Origin: Eledone cirrhosa
Lineage: Eukaryota
Length of the DNA: 64,000 bases
NCBI GenBank assembly: GCA_964016885.1
Contig: OZ024749.1
Location: 32,798,001-32,862,000, forward strand
Direction of reading: 5' to 3'
Shown here: one piece after another, positions 12,917-26,689 of the stretch
Layout: each line of letters begins with the position of its first letter
How positions within the stretch are numbered: position 1 is the first letter of the stretch
Made by a program: the position numbers and the translations under genes
Notes under the pieces: generated by a model
What the model was told of the DNA's origin: nothing
Database searches by the model: none
Seen by the model: the letters and a program-made list of their open reading frames with translations, nothing else

Positions 12917-13655
12917 TGGATCACTTCTAGAGGATATCTATATAAAATATATTGTATAACAACCACTGATTATAATATATAAATAATAGTACATATTTAA
13001 TTCTCTAATCAATATAAATTTAGGGTTTGGGAAATATTGTATTTATTACATTATTATAAACAATTATCGCCGACACTTTACGTTTAAAGATAAAGTTTAC
13101 CTAAATCTAATTGATTATATGTTTGTATATCATTCACATTTTCAGGCATCCTATTTAGAATGGATACATTTCATCCATTAGTGCAATATGTGGTCCTGTA
13201 AAACATGATGGAGTGATAGGGGCGCTTTATTGACGTACGGTGTACACCGTCAACTTACCGTGTCTGGATAGAGCAAATTTCTTTCAGAGTATGCTCGATA
13301 TTGAGAAAAATTCATAGAAGGTGAAATTACTCCTGTAGTTGACTCGTATTTTTTTTTATCGACCTCAAATGCATTAAATACCAAAGGTGACCAAGCGTAA
13401 TTCGAACAAAAACTAGTACCAAAAGCATTCAATCCGATGGTTATAAGATTTTGCCAATTGGCCAACTGGATAAAAGTTTACTACGAACCCCTATGTATAA
13501 TATCTGTAATTGTATTTTTCATGAGGAAAAGCTTTAGATATTATGAGAAAGGGATTATATTTTTCAATATTTAGAACACTGAACTATTTAACGTAGGTTA
13601 GTGAGTAGACGATTGTAGATAAGGTAGGAAATAAGTCTGATTTTAATTTGTTTAT

Positions 13656-13781
13656 AACCTCATGTAAGGATGAGGTTTGAAAAATAAGTCAATAGACTCA
13701 TTAATATGTTCCACCCCACGGAAATCTTTAGTAAAAGGCGAAAGATTTATCCGCTCGGGATGAGGAGAAACCAGAGTAGAT
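13656..13781 (-). ncRNA. RNU5: U5 snRNA copy 16 (A)
   Basis: Same U5 sequence, loop I intact. Confidence 0.95.
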
Positions 13782-14535
13782 TGGATCACTTCTAGAGGAT
13801 ATCTATATAAAATATATTGTATAACAACCACTGATTATAATATATAAATAATAGTACATATTTAATTCTCTAATCAATATAAATTTAGTGTTTTGGAAAT
13901 ATTGTATTTATTACATTATTATAAAAATTTATCGCCGACAGTTTACGTTTAAAGATAAAGTTTACCTAAATCTAATTGATTATATGTTTGTATATCATTC
14001 ACATTTTCAGGCATCCTTTTTAGAATGGGTACATTTCATCCATTAGTGCAATATGTGGTCCGGTAAAACATGAGGGAGTGATAGGGGCGCTTTATTGGCG
14101 TACGGCGTTGTTCAACCTGGTGTAGACCGTCAACTTACCGTGTCTGGATAGAGCAAATGTTTTTCAGAGTATGCTCGATATTGAGAAAAATTCATAGAAG
14201 GTGAAATTACTGCTGTAGTTGACTCGTATTTTTTTTTATCGACCTCAAATGCATTAAAAACCAAAGGTGACCAAGCGTAATTCGAACAAAAACGAGTAGC
14301 AAAAGCATTCAATCCGATGGTCATAAGATTTTGTCATTTGGCCAGCTTGTTAAAACTTTACTACGAATCCCTATGTATAATATCTCTAATTGTATTTTTC
14401 ATGAGGAAAAGCTTTAGATATTATGAGAAAGAGATTATATTTCTCAATATTTAGAACACTGAACTATTTAACGTAGGTTAGTGAGTTGACGATTGTAGAG
14501 AAGGTAGGAAATAAGTCTGATTTTAATTTGTTTAT

Positions 14536-14661
14536 AACCTCATGTAAGGATGAGGTTTGAAAAATAAGTCAATAGACTCATTAATATGTTCCACCCCACG
14601 GAAATCTTTAGTAAAAGGCGAAAGATTTATCCGCTCGGGATGAGGAGAAACCAAAGTAGAT
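14536..14661 (-). ncRNA. RNU5: U5 snRNA copy 17 (A; ACUUUGG instead of ACUCUGG)
   Basis: U5 sequence with one substitution in the 5' stem. Confidence 0.9.
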
Positions 14662-15399
14662 TGGATCACTTCTAGAGGATATCTATATAAAATATATTGT
14701 ATAACAACCACTGATTATAATATATAAATAATAGTACATATTTAATTCTCTAATCAATATAAATTTAGGGTTTGGGATATATTGTATTTATTACATTATT
14801 ATAAACAATTATCGCCGACACATTACGTTTAAAGATAAAGTTTACCTAAATCTAATTGATTATATGTTTGTATATCATTCACATTTTAGGCATCCTATTT
14901 AGAATGGATACATTTCATCCATTAGTGCAATATGTGGTCCTGTAAAACATGATGGAGTGATAGGGGCGCTTTATTGACGTACGGTGTACACCGTCTATTT
15001 ACCGTGTCTGGATAGAGCAAATTTCTTTCAGAGTATGCTCGATATTGAGAAAAATTCATAGAAGGTGAAATTACTCCTGTAAATGACTCGTATATTTTTT
15101 TATCGACCTCAAATGCATTAAATACCAAAGGTGACCAAGCGGAATTCGAACAAAAACGAGTACCAAAAGCATTCAATCCGATGGTCATAATATTTTGTCT
15201 TTTGGCCAGCTTGTTAAAACTTTACTACGAATCCCTATGTATAATATCTGTAATTGTAATTTTCATGAGGAAAAGCTTTAGATATTATGAGAAAGGGATT
15301 ATATTTTACAATATTTAGAACACTGAACTATTTGACGTAGGTTAGTGAGTAGACGATTGTAGATAAGGTATGAAATAAGTCTGATTTTAATTTGTTTAT

Positions 15400-15525
15400 A
15401 ACCTCAGATAAAGATGAGGTTTGAAAAATAAGTCAATAGACTCATTAATATGTTCCACCCCACGGAAATCTTTAGTAAAAGGCGAAAGATTTATCCGCTC
15501 GGGATGAGGAGAAACCAGAGTAGAT
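15400..15525 (-). ncRNA. RNU5: U5 snRNA copy 18 (B)
   Basis: Same U5 sequence, loop I intact. Confidence 0.95.
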
Positions 15526-16276
15526 TGGATCACTTCTAGAGGATATCTATATAAAATATATTGTATAACAACCACTGATTATAATATATAAATAATAGTA
15601 CATATTTAATTCTCTAATCAATATAAATTTAGGGTTTGGGAAATATTGTATTTATTGCATTATTATAAACAATTATCGCCGACAGTTTACGTTTAAAGAT
15701 AAAGTTTACCTATATCTAATTGATTATATGTTTGTATATCATTCACATTTTCAGGCATCCTGTTTAGAATGGGTACATTTCATCCATTAGTGCAATATGT
15801 GGTCCCGTAAAACATGAGGGAGTGATAGGGGCGCTTTATTGACGTACGGCGTTGTTCAACCTGGTGTAGACCGTCAACTTACCGTGTCTGGATAGAGCAA
15901 ATTTCTTTCAGAGAATGCTCGATAGTGAGAAAAGTTCTTAGAAGGTGAAATTACTCCTGTAGTTGACTCGTATTTTTTTTATCGACCTCAAATGCATTAA
16001 ATACCAAAGGTGACCAAGCGGAATTCGAACAAAAACGAGTACCAAAAGCATTCAATCCGATGGTCATAAGATTTTGCCAATTGGCCAACTGGATAAAAGT
16101 TTACTACGAACCCCTATGTATAATATCTGTAATTGTATTTTTCATGAGGAAATGCTTTAGATATTATGAGAAGGATTATATTTTTCAATATTTAGAACAC
16201 TGAACTATTTAAAGTAGGTTAGTGAGTAGACGACTGTAGATAAGGTAGGAAATAAGTCTGATTTTAATTTGTTTAT

Positions 16277-16402
16277 AACCTCATGTAAGGATGAGGTTTG
16301 AAAAATAAGTCAATAGACTCATTAATATGTTCCACCCCACGGAAATCTTTAGTAAAAGGCGAAAGATTTATCCGCTCGGGATGAGGAGAAACCAGAGTAG
16401 AT
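16277..16402 (-). ncRNA. RNU5: U5 snRNA copy 19 (A)
   Basis: Same U5 sequence, loop I intact. Confidence 0.93.
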
Positions 16403-17094
16403 TGGATCACTTCTAGAGGATATCTATATAAAATATATTGTATAACAACCACTGATTATAATATATAAATAATAGTACATATTTAATTCTCTAATCAATA
16501 TAAATTTAGTGTTTTGGAAATATTTCATTTATTACATTATTATTAACAATTATCGCCGACAGTTTTCGTTTAAAGATAAAGTTTAACTAAATCTAATTGA
16601 TTATATGTTTGTATATCATTCACATTTTCAGGCATCCTATTTAGAATGGGTACATTTCATCCATCAGTGCAATATGTGGTCCGAGGGAGTGATAGCGGCG
16701 CTGTATTGACATACCGTGTCTGGATACAGCAGATTTCTTTCACAGAATGCTCGATAGTGAGAAAAATTCATAGAAGGTGAAATTACTCCTGTAGTTGACT
16801 AGTATTTTTTTTATCGACCTCAAATGCATTAAATACCAAAAGTGACCAACACGAGTACCAAAAGCATTCAATCCGATGGTCATAAGATTTTGTCATTAGG
16901 TCAGCTAGTTAAAACTTTACTACGAAACCCCACGTGTAATATCTGTAATTGTATTTTTCATGAGGAAAAGCTTTAGATATTATGAGAAAGGGATTATATT
17001 TTTCAATATTTAGAACACTGAACTATTTGACGTAGGTTAGTGATTAGACGATTGTAGAGAAGGTAGGAAATAAATCTGATTTTAATTTGTTTAT

Positions 17095-17168
17095 AACCTA
17101 ATGTAAGGATGAGGTTTGAAAAATAAGTCTATAAACGGATTAATATGTACCTCCCCACGGAAATCTTT
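17095..17168 (-). pseudogene. Truncated U5 pseudogene (5' half and loop I deleted)
   Basis: ccccacggaaatcttt is joined directly to gatcactgattata; several substitutions in the 3' half. Confidence 0.92.
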
Positions 17169-17878
17169 GATCACTGATTATAATATATAAATAATAGTAC
17201 ATATTTAATTCTATAATCAATATAAATTTAGTGTTTTGGAAATATTGTATTTATTACATTATTATAAACATTTATCGCCGACAGTTTACGTTTAAAGATA
17301 AAGTTTACCTAAATCTAATTGATTATATGTTTGTATATCATTCACATTTTCAGGCATCCTTTTTAGAATGGGTACATTTCATCCATTAGTGCAATATGTG
17401 GTCCGGTAAAACATGAGGGAGTGATAGGGGCGCTTTATTGGCGTACGGCGTTGTTCAACCTGGTGTAGACCGTCAACTTACCCTGTCTGGATAGAGCAAA
17501 TTTCTTTCAGAGAATGCTCGATAGTGAGAAAAATTCAGAGAAGGTGAAATTACTCCTGTAAATGACTCGTATTTTTTTTTATCGACCTCAAATGCATTAA
17601 AAACCAAAGGTGACCAAGCGTAATTCGAACAAAAACGAGTACCAAAAGCATTCAATCCGATGGTTATAAGATTTTGCCAATTGGCCAACTGGATAAAAGT
17701 TTACTACGAACCCCTATGTATAATATCTGTAATTGTATTTTTCATGAGGAAAAGCTTTAGATATTATGAGAAAGGGATTATATTTTTCAATATTTAGAAC
17801 ACTGAACTATTTAACGTAGGTTAGTGAGTAGACGATTGTAGATAAGGTAGGAAATAAGTCTGATTTTAATTTGTTTAT

Positions 17879-18004
17879 AACCTCATGTAAGGATGAGGTT
17901 TGAAAAATAAGTCAATAGACTCATTAATATGTTCCACCCCACGGAAATCTTTAGTAAAAGGCGAAAGATTTATCCGCTCGGGATGAGGAGAAACCAGAGT
18001 AGAT
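17879..18004 (-). ncRNA. RNU5: U5 snRNA copy 20 (A)
   Basis: Same U5 sequence, loop I intact. Confidence 0.95.
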
Positions 18005-18743
18005 TGGATCACTTCTAGAGGATATCTATATAAAATATATTGTATAACAACCACTGATTATAATATATAAATAATAGTACATATTTAATTCTCTAATCAA
18101 TATAAATTTAGGGTTTGGGATATATTGTATTTATTACATTATTATAAACAATTATCGCCGACACTTTACGTTTAAAGATAAAGTTTACCTAAATCTAATT
18201 GATTATATGGTTGTATATCATTCACATTTTCAGGCATCGTATTTAGAATGGGTACATTTCATCCATTAGTGCAATATGTGGTCCTGTAAAACATGATGGA
18301 GTGATAGGGGCGCTTTATTGACGTACGGTGTACACCGTCAACTTACCGTGTCTGGATAGAGCAAATGTTTTTCAGAGTATGCTCGATATTGAGAAAAATT
18401 CATAGAAGGTGAAATTACTGCTGTAGTTGACTCGTATTTTTTTTTATCGACCTCAAATGCATTAAAAACCAAAGGTGACCAAGCGTAATTCGAACAAAAA
18501 CGAGTAGCAAAAGCATTCAATCCGATGGTCATAAGATTTTGTCATTTGGCCAGCTTGTTAAAACTTTACTACGAATCCCTATGTATAATATCTGTAATTG
18601 TATTTTTCATGAGGAAAAGCTTTAGATATTATGAGAAAGAGATTATATTTCTCAATATTTAGAACACTGAACTATTTAACGTAGGTTAGTGAGTTGACGA
18701 TTGTAGAGAAGGTAGGAAATAAGTCTGATTTTAATTTGTTTAT

Positions 18744-18869
18744 AACCTCATGTAAGGATGAGGTTTGAAAAATAAGTCAATAGACTCATTAATATGTTCC
18801 ACCCCACGGAAATCTTTAGTAAAAGGCGAAAGATTTATCCGCTCGGGATGAGGAGAAACCAGAGTAGAT
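18744..18869 (-). ncRNA. RNU5: U5 snRNA copy 21 (A)
   Basis: Same U5 sequence, loop I intact. Confidence 0.95.
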
Positions 18870-19623
18870 TGGATCACTTCTAGAGGATATCTATATAAAA
18901 TATATTGTATAACAACCACTGATTATAATATATAAATAATAGTACATATTTAATTCTCTAATCAATATAAATTTAGGGTTTGGGAAATATTGTATTTATT
19001 ACATTATTATAAACAATTATCGCCGACACTTTACGTTTAAAGATAAAGTTTACCTAAATCTAATTGATTATATGTTTGTATATCATTCACATTTTCAGAC
19101 ATCCTATTTAGAATGGGTACATTTCATCCATTAGTGCAATATGTGGTCCTGTAAAACATGATGGAGTGATAGGGGCGCTTTATTGACGTACGGCGTTGTT
19201 CAACCTGGTGTACACCGTCAACTTACCGTGTCTGGATAGAGCAAATGTTTTTCAGAGTATGCTCGATATTGAGAAAAATTCATAGAAGGTGAAATTACTG
19301 CTGTAGTTGACTCGTATTTTTTTTTATCGACCTCAAATGCATTAAATACCAAAGGTGACCAAGCGGAATTCGAACAAAAACGAGTACCAAAAGCATTCAA
19401 TCCGATGGTTATAAGATTTTGCCAATTGGCCAACTGGATAAAAGTTTACTACGAACCCCTATGTATAATATCTGTAATTGTATTTTTCATGAGGAAAAGC
19501 TTTAGATATTATGAGAAAGGGATTATATTTTTCAATATTTAGAACACTGAACTATTTAACGTAGGTTAGTGAGTAGACGATTGTAGATAAGGTAGGAAAT
19601 AAGTCTGATTTTAATTTGTTTAT

Positions 19624-19749
19624 AACCTCATGTAAGGATGAGGTTTGAAAAATAAGTCAATAAACTCATTAATATGTTCCACCCCACGGAAATCTTTAGT
19701 AAAAGGCGAAAGATTTATCCGCTCGGGATGAGGAGAAACCAGAGTAGAT
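19624..19749 (-). ncRNA. RNU5: U5 snRNA copy 22 (A)
   Basis: U5 sequence, UGAGUUUAU variant. Confidence 0.93.
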
Positions 19750-20503
19750 TGGATCACTTCTAGAGGATATCTATAATAAATATATTGTATAACAACCACT
19801 GATTATAATATATAAATAATAGTACATATTTAATTCTCTAATCAATATAAATTTAGTGTTTTGGAAATATTGTATTTATTACATTATTATAAACATTTAT
19901 CGCCGACAGTTTACGTTTAAAGATAAAGTTTACCTAAATCTAATTGATTATATGTTTGTATATCATTCACATTTTCAGGCATCCTTTTTAGAATGGGTAC
20001 ATTTCATCCATTAGTGCAATATGTGGTCCGGTAAAACATGAGGGAGTGATAGGGGCGCTTTATTGGCGTACGGCGTTGTTCAGCCTGGTGTAGACCGTCA
20101 ACTTACCGTGTCTGGATAGAGCAAATTTCTTTCAGAGAATGCTCGATAGTGAGAAAAATTCAGAGAAGGTGAAATTACTCCTGTAAATGACTCGTATTTT
20201 TTTTTATCGACCTCAAATGCATTAAAAACCAAAGGTGACCAAGCGTAATTCGAACAAAAACGAGTAGCAAAAGCATTCAATCCGATGGTCATAAGATTTT
20301 GTCATTTGGCCAGCTTGTTAAAACTTTACTACGAATCCCTATGTATAATATCTGTAATTGTATTTTTCATGAGGAAAAGCTTTAGATATTATGAGAAAGA
20401 GATTATATTTCTCAATATTTAGAACACTGAACTATTTAACGTAGGTTAGTGAGTTGACGATTGTAGAGAAGGTAGGAAATAAGTCTGATTTTAATTTGTT
20501 TAT

Positions 20504-20629
20504 AACCTCATGTAAGGATGAGGTTTGAAAAATAAGTCAATAGACTCATTAATATGTTCCACCCCACGGAAATCTTTAGTAAAAGGCGAAAGATTTATCC
20601 GCTCGGGATGAGGAGAAACCAGAGTAGAT
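20504..20629 (-). ncRNA. RNU5: U5 snRNA copy 23 (A)
   Basis: Same U5 sequence, loop I intact. Confidence 0.95.
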
Positions 20630-21368
20630 TGGATCACTTCTAGAGGATATCTATATAAAATATATTGTATAACAACCACTGATTATAATATATAAATAAT
20701 AGTACATATTTAATTCTCTAATCAATATAAATTTAGGGTTTGGGATATATTGTATTTATTACATTATTATAAACAATTATCGCCGACACTTTACGTTTAA
20801 AGATAAAGTTTACCTAAATCTAATTGATTATATGTTTGTATATCATTCACATTTTCAGGCATCGTATTTAGAATGGGTACATTTCATCCATTAGTGCAAT
20901 ATGTGGTCCTGTAAAACATGATGGAGTGATAGGGGCGCTTTATTGACGTACGGTGTACACCGTCAACTTACCGTGTCTGGATAGAGCAAATGTTTTTCAG
21001 AGTATGCTCGATATTGAGAAAAATTCATAGAAGGTGAAATTACTGCTGTAGTTGACTCGTATTTTTTTTTATCGACCTCAAATGCATTAAATACCAAAGG
21101 TGACCAAGCGGAATTCGAACAAAAACGAGTACCAAAAGCATTCAATCCGATGGTCATAAGATTTTGCCAATTGGCCAACTGGATAAAAGTTTACTACGAA
21201 CCCCTATGTATAATATCTGTAATTGTATTTTTCATGAGGAAAAGCTTTAGATATTATGAGAAAGGGATTATATTTTTCAATATTTAGAACACTGAACTAT
21301 TTAACGTAGGTTAGTGAGTAGACGATTGTAGATAAGGTAGGAAATAAGTCTGATTTTAATTTGTTTAT

Positions 21369-21494
21369 AACCTCATGTAAGGATGAGGTTTGAAAAATAA
21401 GTCAATAAACTCATTAATATGTTCCACCCCACGGAAATCTTTAGTAAAAGGCGAAAGATTTATCCGCTCGGGATGAGGAGAAACCAGAGTAGAT
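21369..21494 (-). ncRNA. RNU5: U5 snRNA copy 24 (A)
   Basis: U5 sequence, UGAGUUUAU variant. Confidence 0.93.
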
Positions 21495-22248
21495 TGGATC
21501 ACTTCTAGAGGATATCTATAATAAATATATTGTATAACAACCACTGATTATAATATATAAATAATAGTACATATTTAATTCTCTAATCAATATAAATTTA
21601 GTGTTTTGGAAATATTGTATTTATTACATTATTATAAACATTTATCGCCGACAGTTTACGTTTAAAGATAAAGTTTACCTAAATCTAATTGATTATATGT
21701 TTGTATATCATTCACATTTTCAGGCATCCTTTTTAGAATGGGTACATTTCATCCATTAGTGCAATATGTGGTCCGGTAAAACATGAGGGAGTGATAGGGG
21801 CGCTTTATTGGCGTACGGCGTTGTTCAGCCTGGTGTAGACCGTCAACTTACCGTGTCTGGATAGAGCAAATTTCTTTCAGAGAATGCTCGATAGTGAGAA
21901 AAATTCAGAGAAGGTGAAATTACTCCTGTAAATGACTCGTATTTTTTTTTATCGACCTCAAATGCATTAAAAACCAAAGGTGACCAAGCGTAATTCGAAC
22001 AAAAACGAGTAGCAAAAGCATTCAATCCGATGGTCATAAGATTTTGTCATTTGGCCAGCTTGTTAAAACTTTACTACGAATCCCTATGTATAATATCTGT
22101 AATTGTATTTTTCATGAGGAAAAGCTTTAGATATTATGAGAAAGAGATTATATTTCTCAATATTTAGAACACTGAACTATTTAACGTAGGTTAGTGAGTT
22201 GACGATTGTAGAGAAGGTAGGAAATAAGTCTGATTTTAATTTGTTTAT

Positions 22249-22374
22249 AACCTCATGTAAGGATGAGGTTTGAAAAATAAGTCAATAGACTCATTAATAT
22301 GTTCCACCCCACGGAAATCTTTAGTAAAAGGCGAAAGATTTATCCGCTCGGGATGAGGAGAAACCAGAGTAGAT
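22249..22374 (-). ncRNA. RNU5: U5 snRNA copy 25 (A)
   Basis: Same U5 sequence, loop I intact. Confidence 0.95.
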
Positions 22375-23112
22375 TGGATCACTTCTAGAGGATATCTATA
22401 TAAAATATATTGTATAACAACCACTGATTATAATATATAAATAATAGTACATATTTAATTCTCTAATCAATATAAATTTAGGGTTTGGGATATATTGTAT
22501 TTATTACATTATTATAAACAATTATCGCCGACACTTTACGTTTAAAGATAAAGTTTACCTAAATCTAATTGATTATATGTTTGTATATCATTCACATTTT
22601 CAGGCATCGTATTTAGAATGGGTACATTTCATCCATTAGTGCAATATGTGGTCCTGTAAAACATGATGGAGTGATAGGGGCGCTTTATTGACGTACGGTG
22701 TACACCGTCAACTTACCGTGTCTGGATAGAGCAAATGTTTTTCAGAGTATGCTCGATATTGAGAAAAATTCATAGAAGGTGAAATTACTGCTGTAGTTGA
22801 CTCGTATTTTTTTTTATCGACCTCAAATGCATTAAATACCAAAGGTGACCAAGCGGAATTCGAACAAAAACGAGTACCAAAAGCATTCAATCCGATGGTC
22901 ATAAGATTTTGTCTTTTGGCCAGCTTGTTAAAACTTTACTACGAATCCCTATGTATAATATCTGTAATTGTATTTTTATGAGGAAAAGCTTTAGATATTA
23001 TGAGAAAGGGATTATATTTTACAATATTTAGAACACTGAACTATTTGACGTAGGTTAGTGAGTAGACGATTGTAGATAAGGTATAAAATAAGTCTGATTT
23101 TAATTTGTTTAT

Positions 23113-23238
23113 AACCTCAGATAAAGATGAGGTTTGAAAAATAAGTCAATAGACTCATTAATATGTTCCACCCCACGGAAATCTTTAGTAAAAGGCGAAA
23201 GATTTATCCGCTCGGGATGAGGAGAAACCAGAGTAGAT
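23113..23238 (-). ncRNA. RNU5: U5 snRNA copy 26 (B)
   Basis: Same U5 sequence, loop I intact. Confidence 0.95.
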
Positions 23239-23992
23239 TGGATCACTTCTAGAGGATATCTATATAAAATATATTGTATAACAACCACTGATTATAATAT
23301 ATAAATAATAGTACATATTTAATTCTCTAATCAATATAAATTTAGTGTTTTGGAAATATTGTATTTATTACATTATTATAAACATTTATCGCCGACAGTT
23401 TACGTTTAAAGATAAAGTTTACCTAAATCTAATTGATTATATGTTTGTATATCATTCACATTTTCAGGCATCCTTTTTAGAATGGGTACATTTCATCCAT
23501 TAGTGCAATATGTGGTCCGGTAAAACATGAGGGAGTGATAGGGGCGCTTTATTGGCGTACGGCGTTGTTCAACCTGGTGTAGACCGTCAACTTACCGTGT
23601 CTGGATAGAGCAAATGTTTTTCAGAGTATGCTCGATATTGAGAAAAATTCATAGAAGGTGAAATTACTGCTGTAGTTGACTCGTATTTTTTTTTATCGAC
23701 CTCAAATGCATTAAAAACCAAAGGTGACCAAGCGTAATTCGAACAAAAACGAGTAGCAAAAGCATTCAATCCGATGGTCATAAGATTTTGTCATTTGGCC
23801 AGCTTGTTAAAACTTTACTACGAATCCCTATGTATAATATCTGTAATTGTATTTTTCATGAGGAAAAGCTTTAGATATTATGAGAAAGAGATTATATTTC
23901 TCAATATTTAGAACACTGAACTATTTAACGTAGGTTAGTGAGTTGACGATTGTAGAGAAGGTAGGAAATAAGTCTGATTTTAATTTGTTTAT

Positions 23993-24118
23993 AACCTCAT
24001 GTAAGGATGAGGTTTGAAAAATAAGTCAATAGACTCATTAATATGTTCCACCCCACGGAAATCTTTAGTAAAAGGCGAAAGATTTATCCGCTCGGGATGA
24101 GGAGAAACCAGAGTAGAT
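23993..24118 (-). ncRNA. RNU5: U5 snRNA copy 27 (A)
   Basis: Same U5 sequence, loop I intact. Confidence 0.95.
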
Positions 24119-24857
24119 TGGATCACTTCTAGAGGATATCTATATAAAATATATTGTATAACAACCACTGATTATAATATATAAATAATAGTACATATTT
24201 AATTCTCTAATCAATATAAATTTAGGGTTTGGGATATATTGTATTTATTACATTATTATAAACAATTATCGCCGACACTTTACGTTTAAAGATAAAGTTT
24301 ACCTAAATCTAATTGATTATATGTTTGTATATCATTCACATTTTCAGGCATCGTATTTAGAATGGGTACATTTCATCCATTAGTGCAATATGTGGTCCTG
24401 TAAAACATGATGGAGTGATAGGGGCGCTTTATTGACGTACGGTGTACACCGTCTATTTACCGTGTCTGGATAGAGCAAATTTCTTTCAGAGTATGCTCGA
24501 TATTGAGAAAAATTCATAGAAGGTGAAATTACTCCTGTAAATGACTCGTATTTTTTTTTATCGACCTCAAATGCATTAAATACCAAAGGTGACCAAGCGG
24601 AATTCGAACAAAAACGAGTACCAAAAGCATTCAATCCGATGGTCATAATATTTTGTCTTTTGGCCAGCTTGTTAAAACTTTACTACGAATCCCTATGTAT
24701 AATATCTGTAATTGTAATTTTCATGAGGAAAAGCTTTAGATATTATGAGAAAGGGATTATATTTTACAATATTTAGAACACTGAACTATTTGACGTAGGT
24801 TAGTGAGTAGACGATTGTAGATAAGGTATGAAATAAGTCTGATTTTAATTTGTTTAT

Positions 24858-24983
24858 AACCTCAGATAAAGATGAGGTTTGAAAAATAAGTCAATAGACT
24901 CATTAATATGTTCCAACCCACGGAAATCTTTAGTAAAAGGCGAAAGATTTATCCGCTCGGGATGAGGAGAAACCAGAGTAGAT
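24858..24983 (-). ncRNA. RNU5: U5 snRNA copy 28 (B; one stem Ib substitution)
   Basis: U5 sequence with ttccaaccca instead of ttccacccca. Confidence 0.9.
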
Positions 24984-25734
24984 TGGATCACTTCTAGAGG
25001 ATATCTATATAAAATATATTGTATAACAACCACTGATTATAATATATAAATAATAGTACATATTTAATTCTCTAATCAATATAAATTTAGGGTTTGGGAA
25101 ATATTGTATTTATTACATTATTATAAACAATTATCGCCGACAGTTTACGTTTAAAGATAAAGTTTACCTATATCTAATTGATTATATGTTTGTATATCAT
25201 TCACATTTTCAGGCATCCTGTTTAGAATGGGTACATTTCATCCATTAGTGCAATATGTGGTCCCGTAAAACATGAGGGAGTGATAGGGGCGCTTTATTGG
25301 CGTACGGCGTTGTTCAACCTGGTGTAGACCGTCAACTTACCGTGTCTGGATAGAGCAAATTTCTTTCAGAGAATGCTCGATAGTGAGAAAAATTCTTAGA
25401 AGGTGAAATTACTCCTGTAGTTGACTCGTATTTTTTTTATCGACCTCAAATGCATTAAATACCAAAGGTGACCAAGCGGAATTCGAACAAAAACGAGTAC
25501 CAAAAGCATTCAATCCGATGGTCATAAGATTTTGCCAATTGGCCAACTGGATAAAAGTTTACTACGAACCCCTATGTATAATATCTGTAATTGTATTTTT
25601 CATGAGGAAATGCTTTAGATATTATGAGAAGGATTATATTTTTCAATATTTAGAACACTGAACTATTTAAAGTAGGTTAGTGAGTAGACGACTGTAGATA
25701 AGGTAGGAAATAAGTCTGATTTTAATTTGTTTAT

Positions 25735-25860
25735 AACCTCATGTAAGGATGAGGTTTGAAAAATAAGTCAATAGACTCATTAATATGTTCCACCCCACGG
25801 AAATCTTTAGTAAAAGGCGAAAGATTTATCCGCTCGGGATGAGGAGAAACCAGAGTAGAT
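25735..25860 (-). ncRNA. RNU5: U5 snRNA copy 29 (A)
   Basis: Same U5 sequence, loop I intact. Confidence 0.93.
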
Positions 25861-26552
25861 TGGATCACTTCTAGAGGATATCTATATAAAATATATTGTA
25901 TAACAACCACTGATTATAATATATAAATAATAGTACATATTTAATTCTCTAATCAATATAAATTTAGTGTTTTGGAAATATTTTATTTATTACATTATTA
26001 TTAACAATTATCGCCGACAGTTTTCGTTTAAAGATAAAGTTTAACTAAATCTAATTGATTATATGTTTGTATATCATTCACATTTTCAGGCATCCTATTT
26101 AGAATGGGTACAATTCATCCATCAGTGCAATATGTGGTCCGAGGGAGTGATAGCGGCGCTGTATTGACATACCGTGTCTGGATACAGCAGATTTCTTTCA
26201 CAGAATGCTCGATAGTGAGAAAAATTCATAGAAGGTGAAATTACTCCTGTAGTTGACTAGTATTTTTTTTATCGACCTCAAATGCATTAAATACCAAAAG
26301 TGACCAACACGAGTACCAAAAGCATTCAATCCGATGGTCATAAGATTTTGTCATTAGGTCAGCTAGTTAAAACTTTACTACGAAACCCCACGTGTAATAT
26401 CTGTAATTGTATTTTTCATGAGGAAAAGCTTTAGATATTATGAGAAAGGGATTATATTTTTCAATATTTAGAACACTGAACTATTTGACGTAGGTTAGTG
26501 AGTAGACGATTGTAGAGAAGGTAGGAAATAAATCTGATTTTAATTTGTTTAT

Positions 26553-26626
26553 AACCTAATGTAAGGATGAGGTTTGAAAAATAAGTCTATAAACGGATTA
26601 ATATGTACCTCCCCACGGAAATCTTT
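26553..26626 (-). pseudogene. Truncated U5 pseudogene at array edge
   Basis: Same deletion junction as 17095-17168, 9458 bp away. Confidence 0.92.
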
Positions 26627-26689
26627 GATCACTGATTATAATATATAAATAATAGTACATATTTAATTCTATAATCAATATATATTCAG

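Noticed and set aside
220-24646. Repeated 64-88 aa ORFs (MTIGLNAF...) as a tandem peptide gene family
   Set aside because: They overlap a decayed SINE, are broken by stops or frameshifts in several units, vary mostly non-synonymously and show no domain
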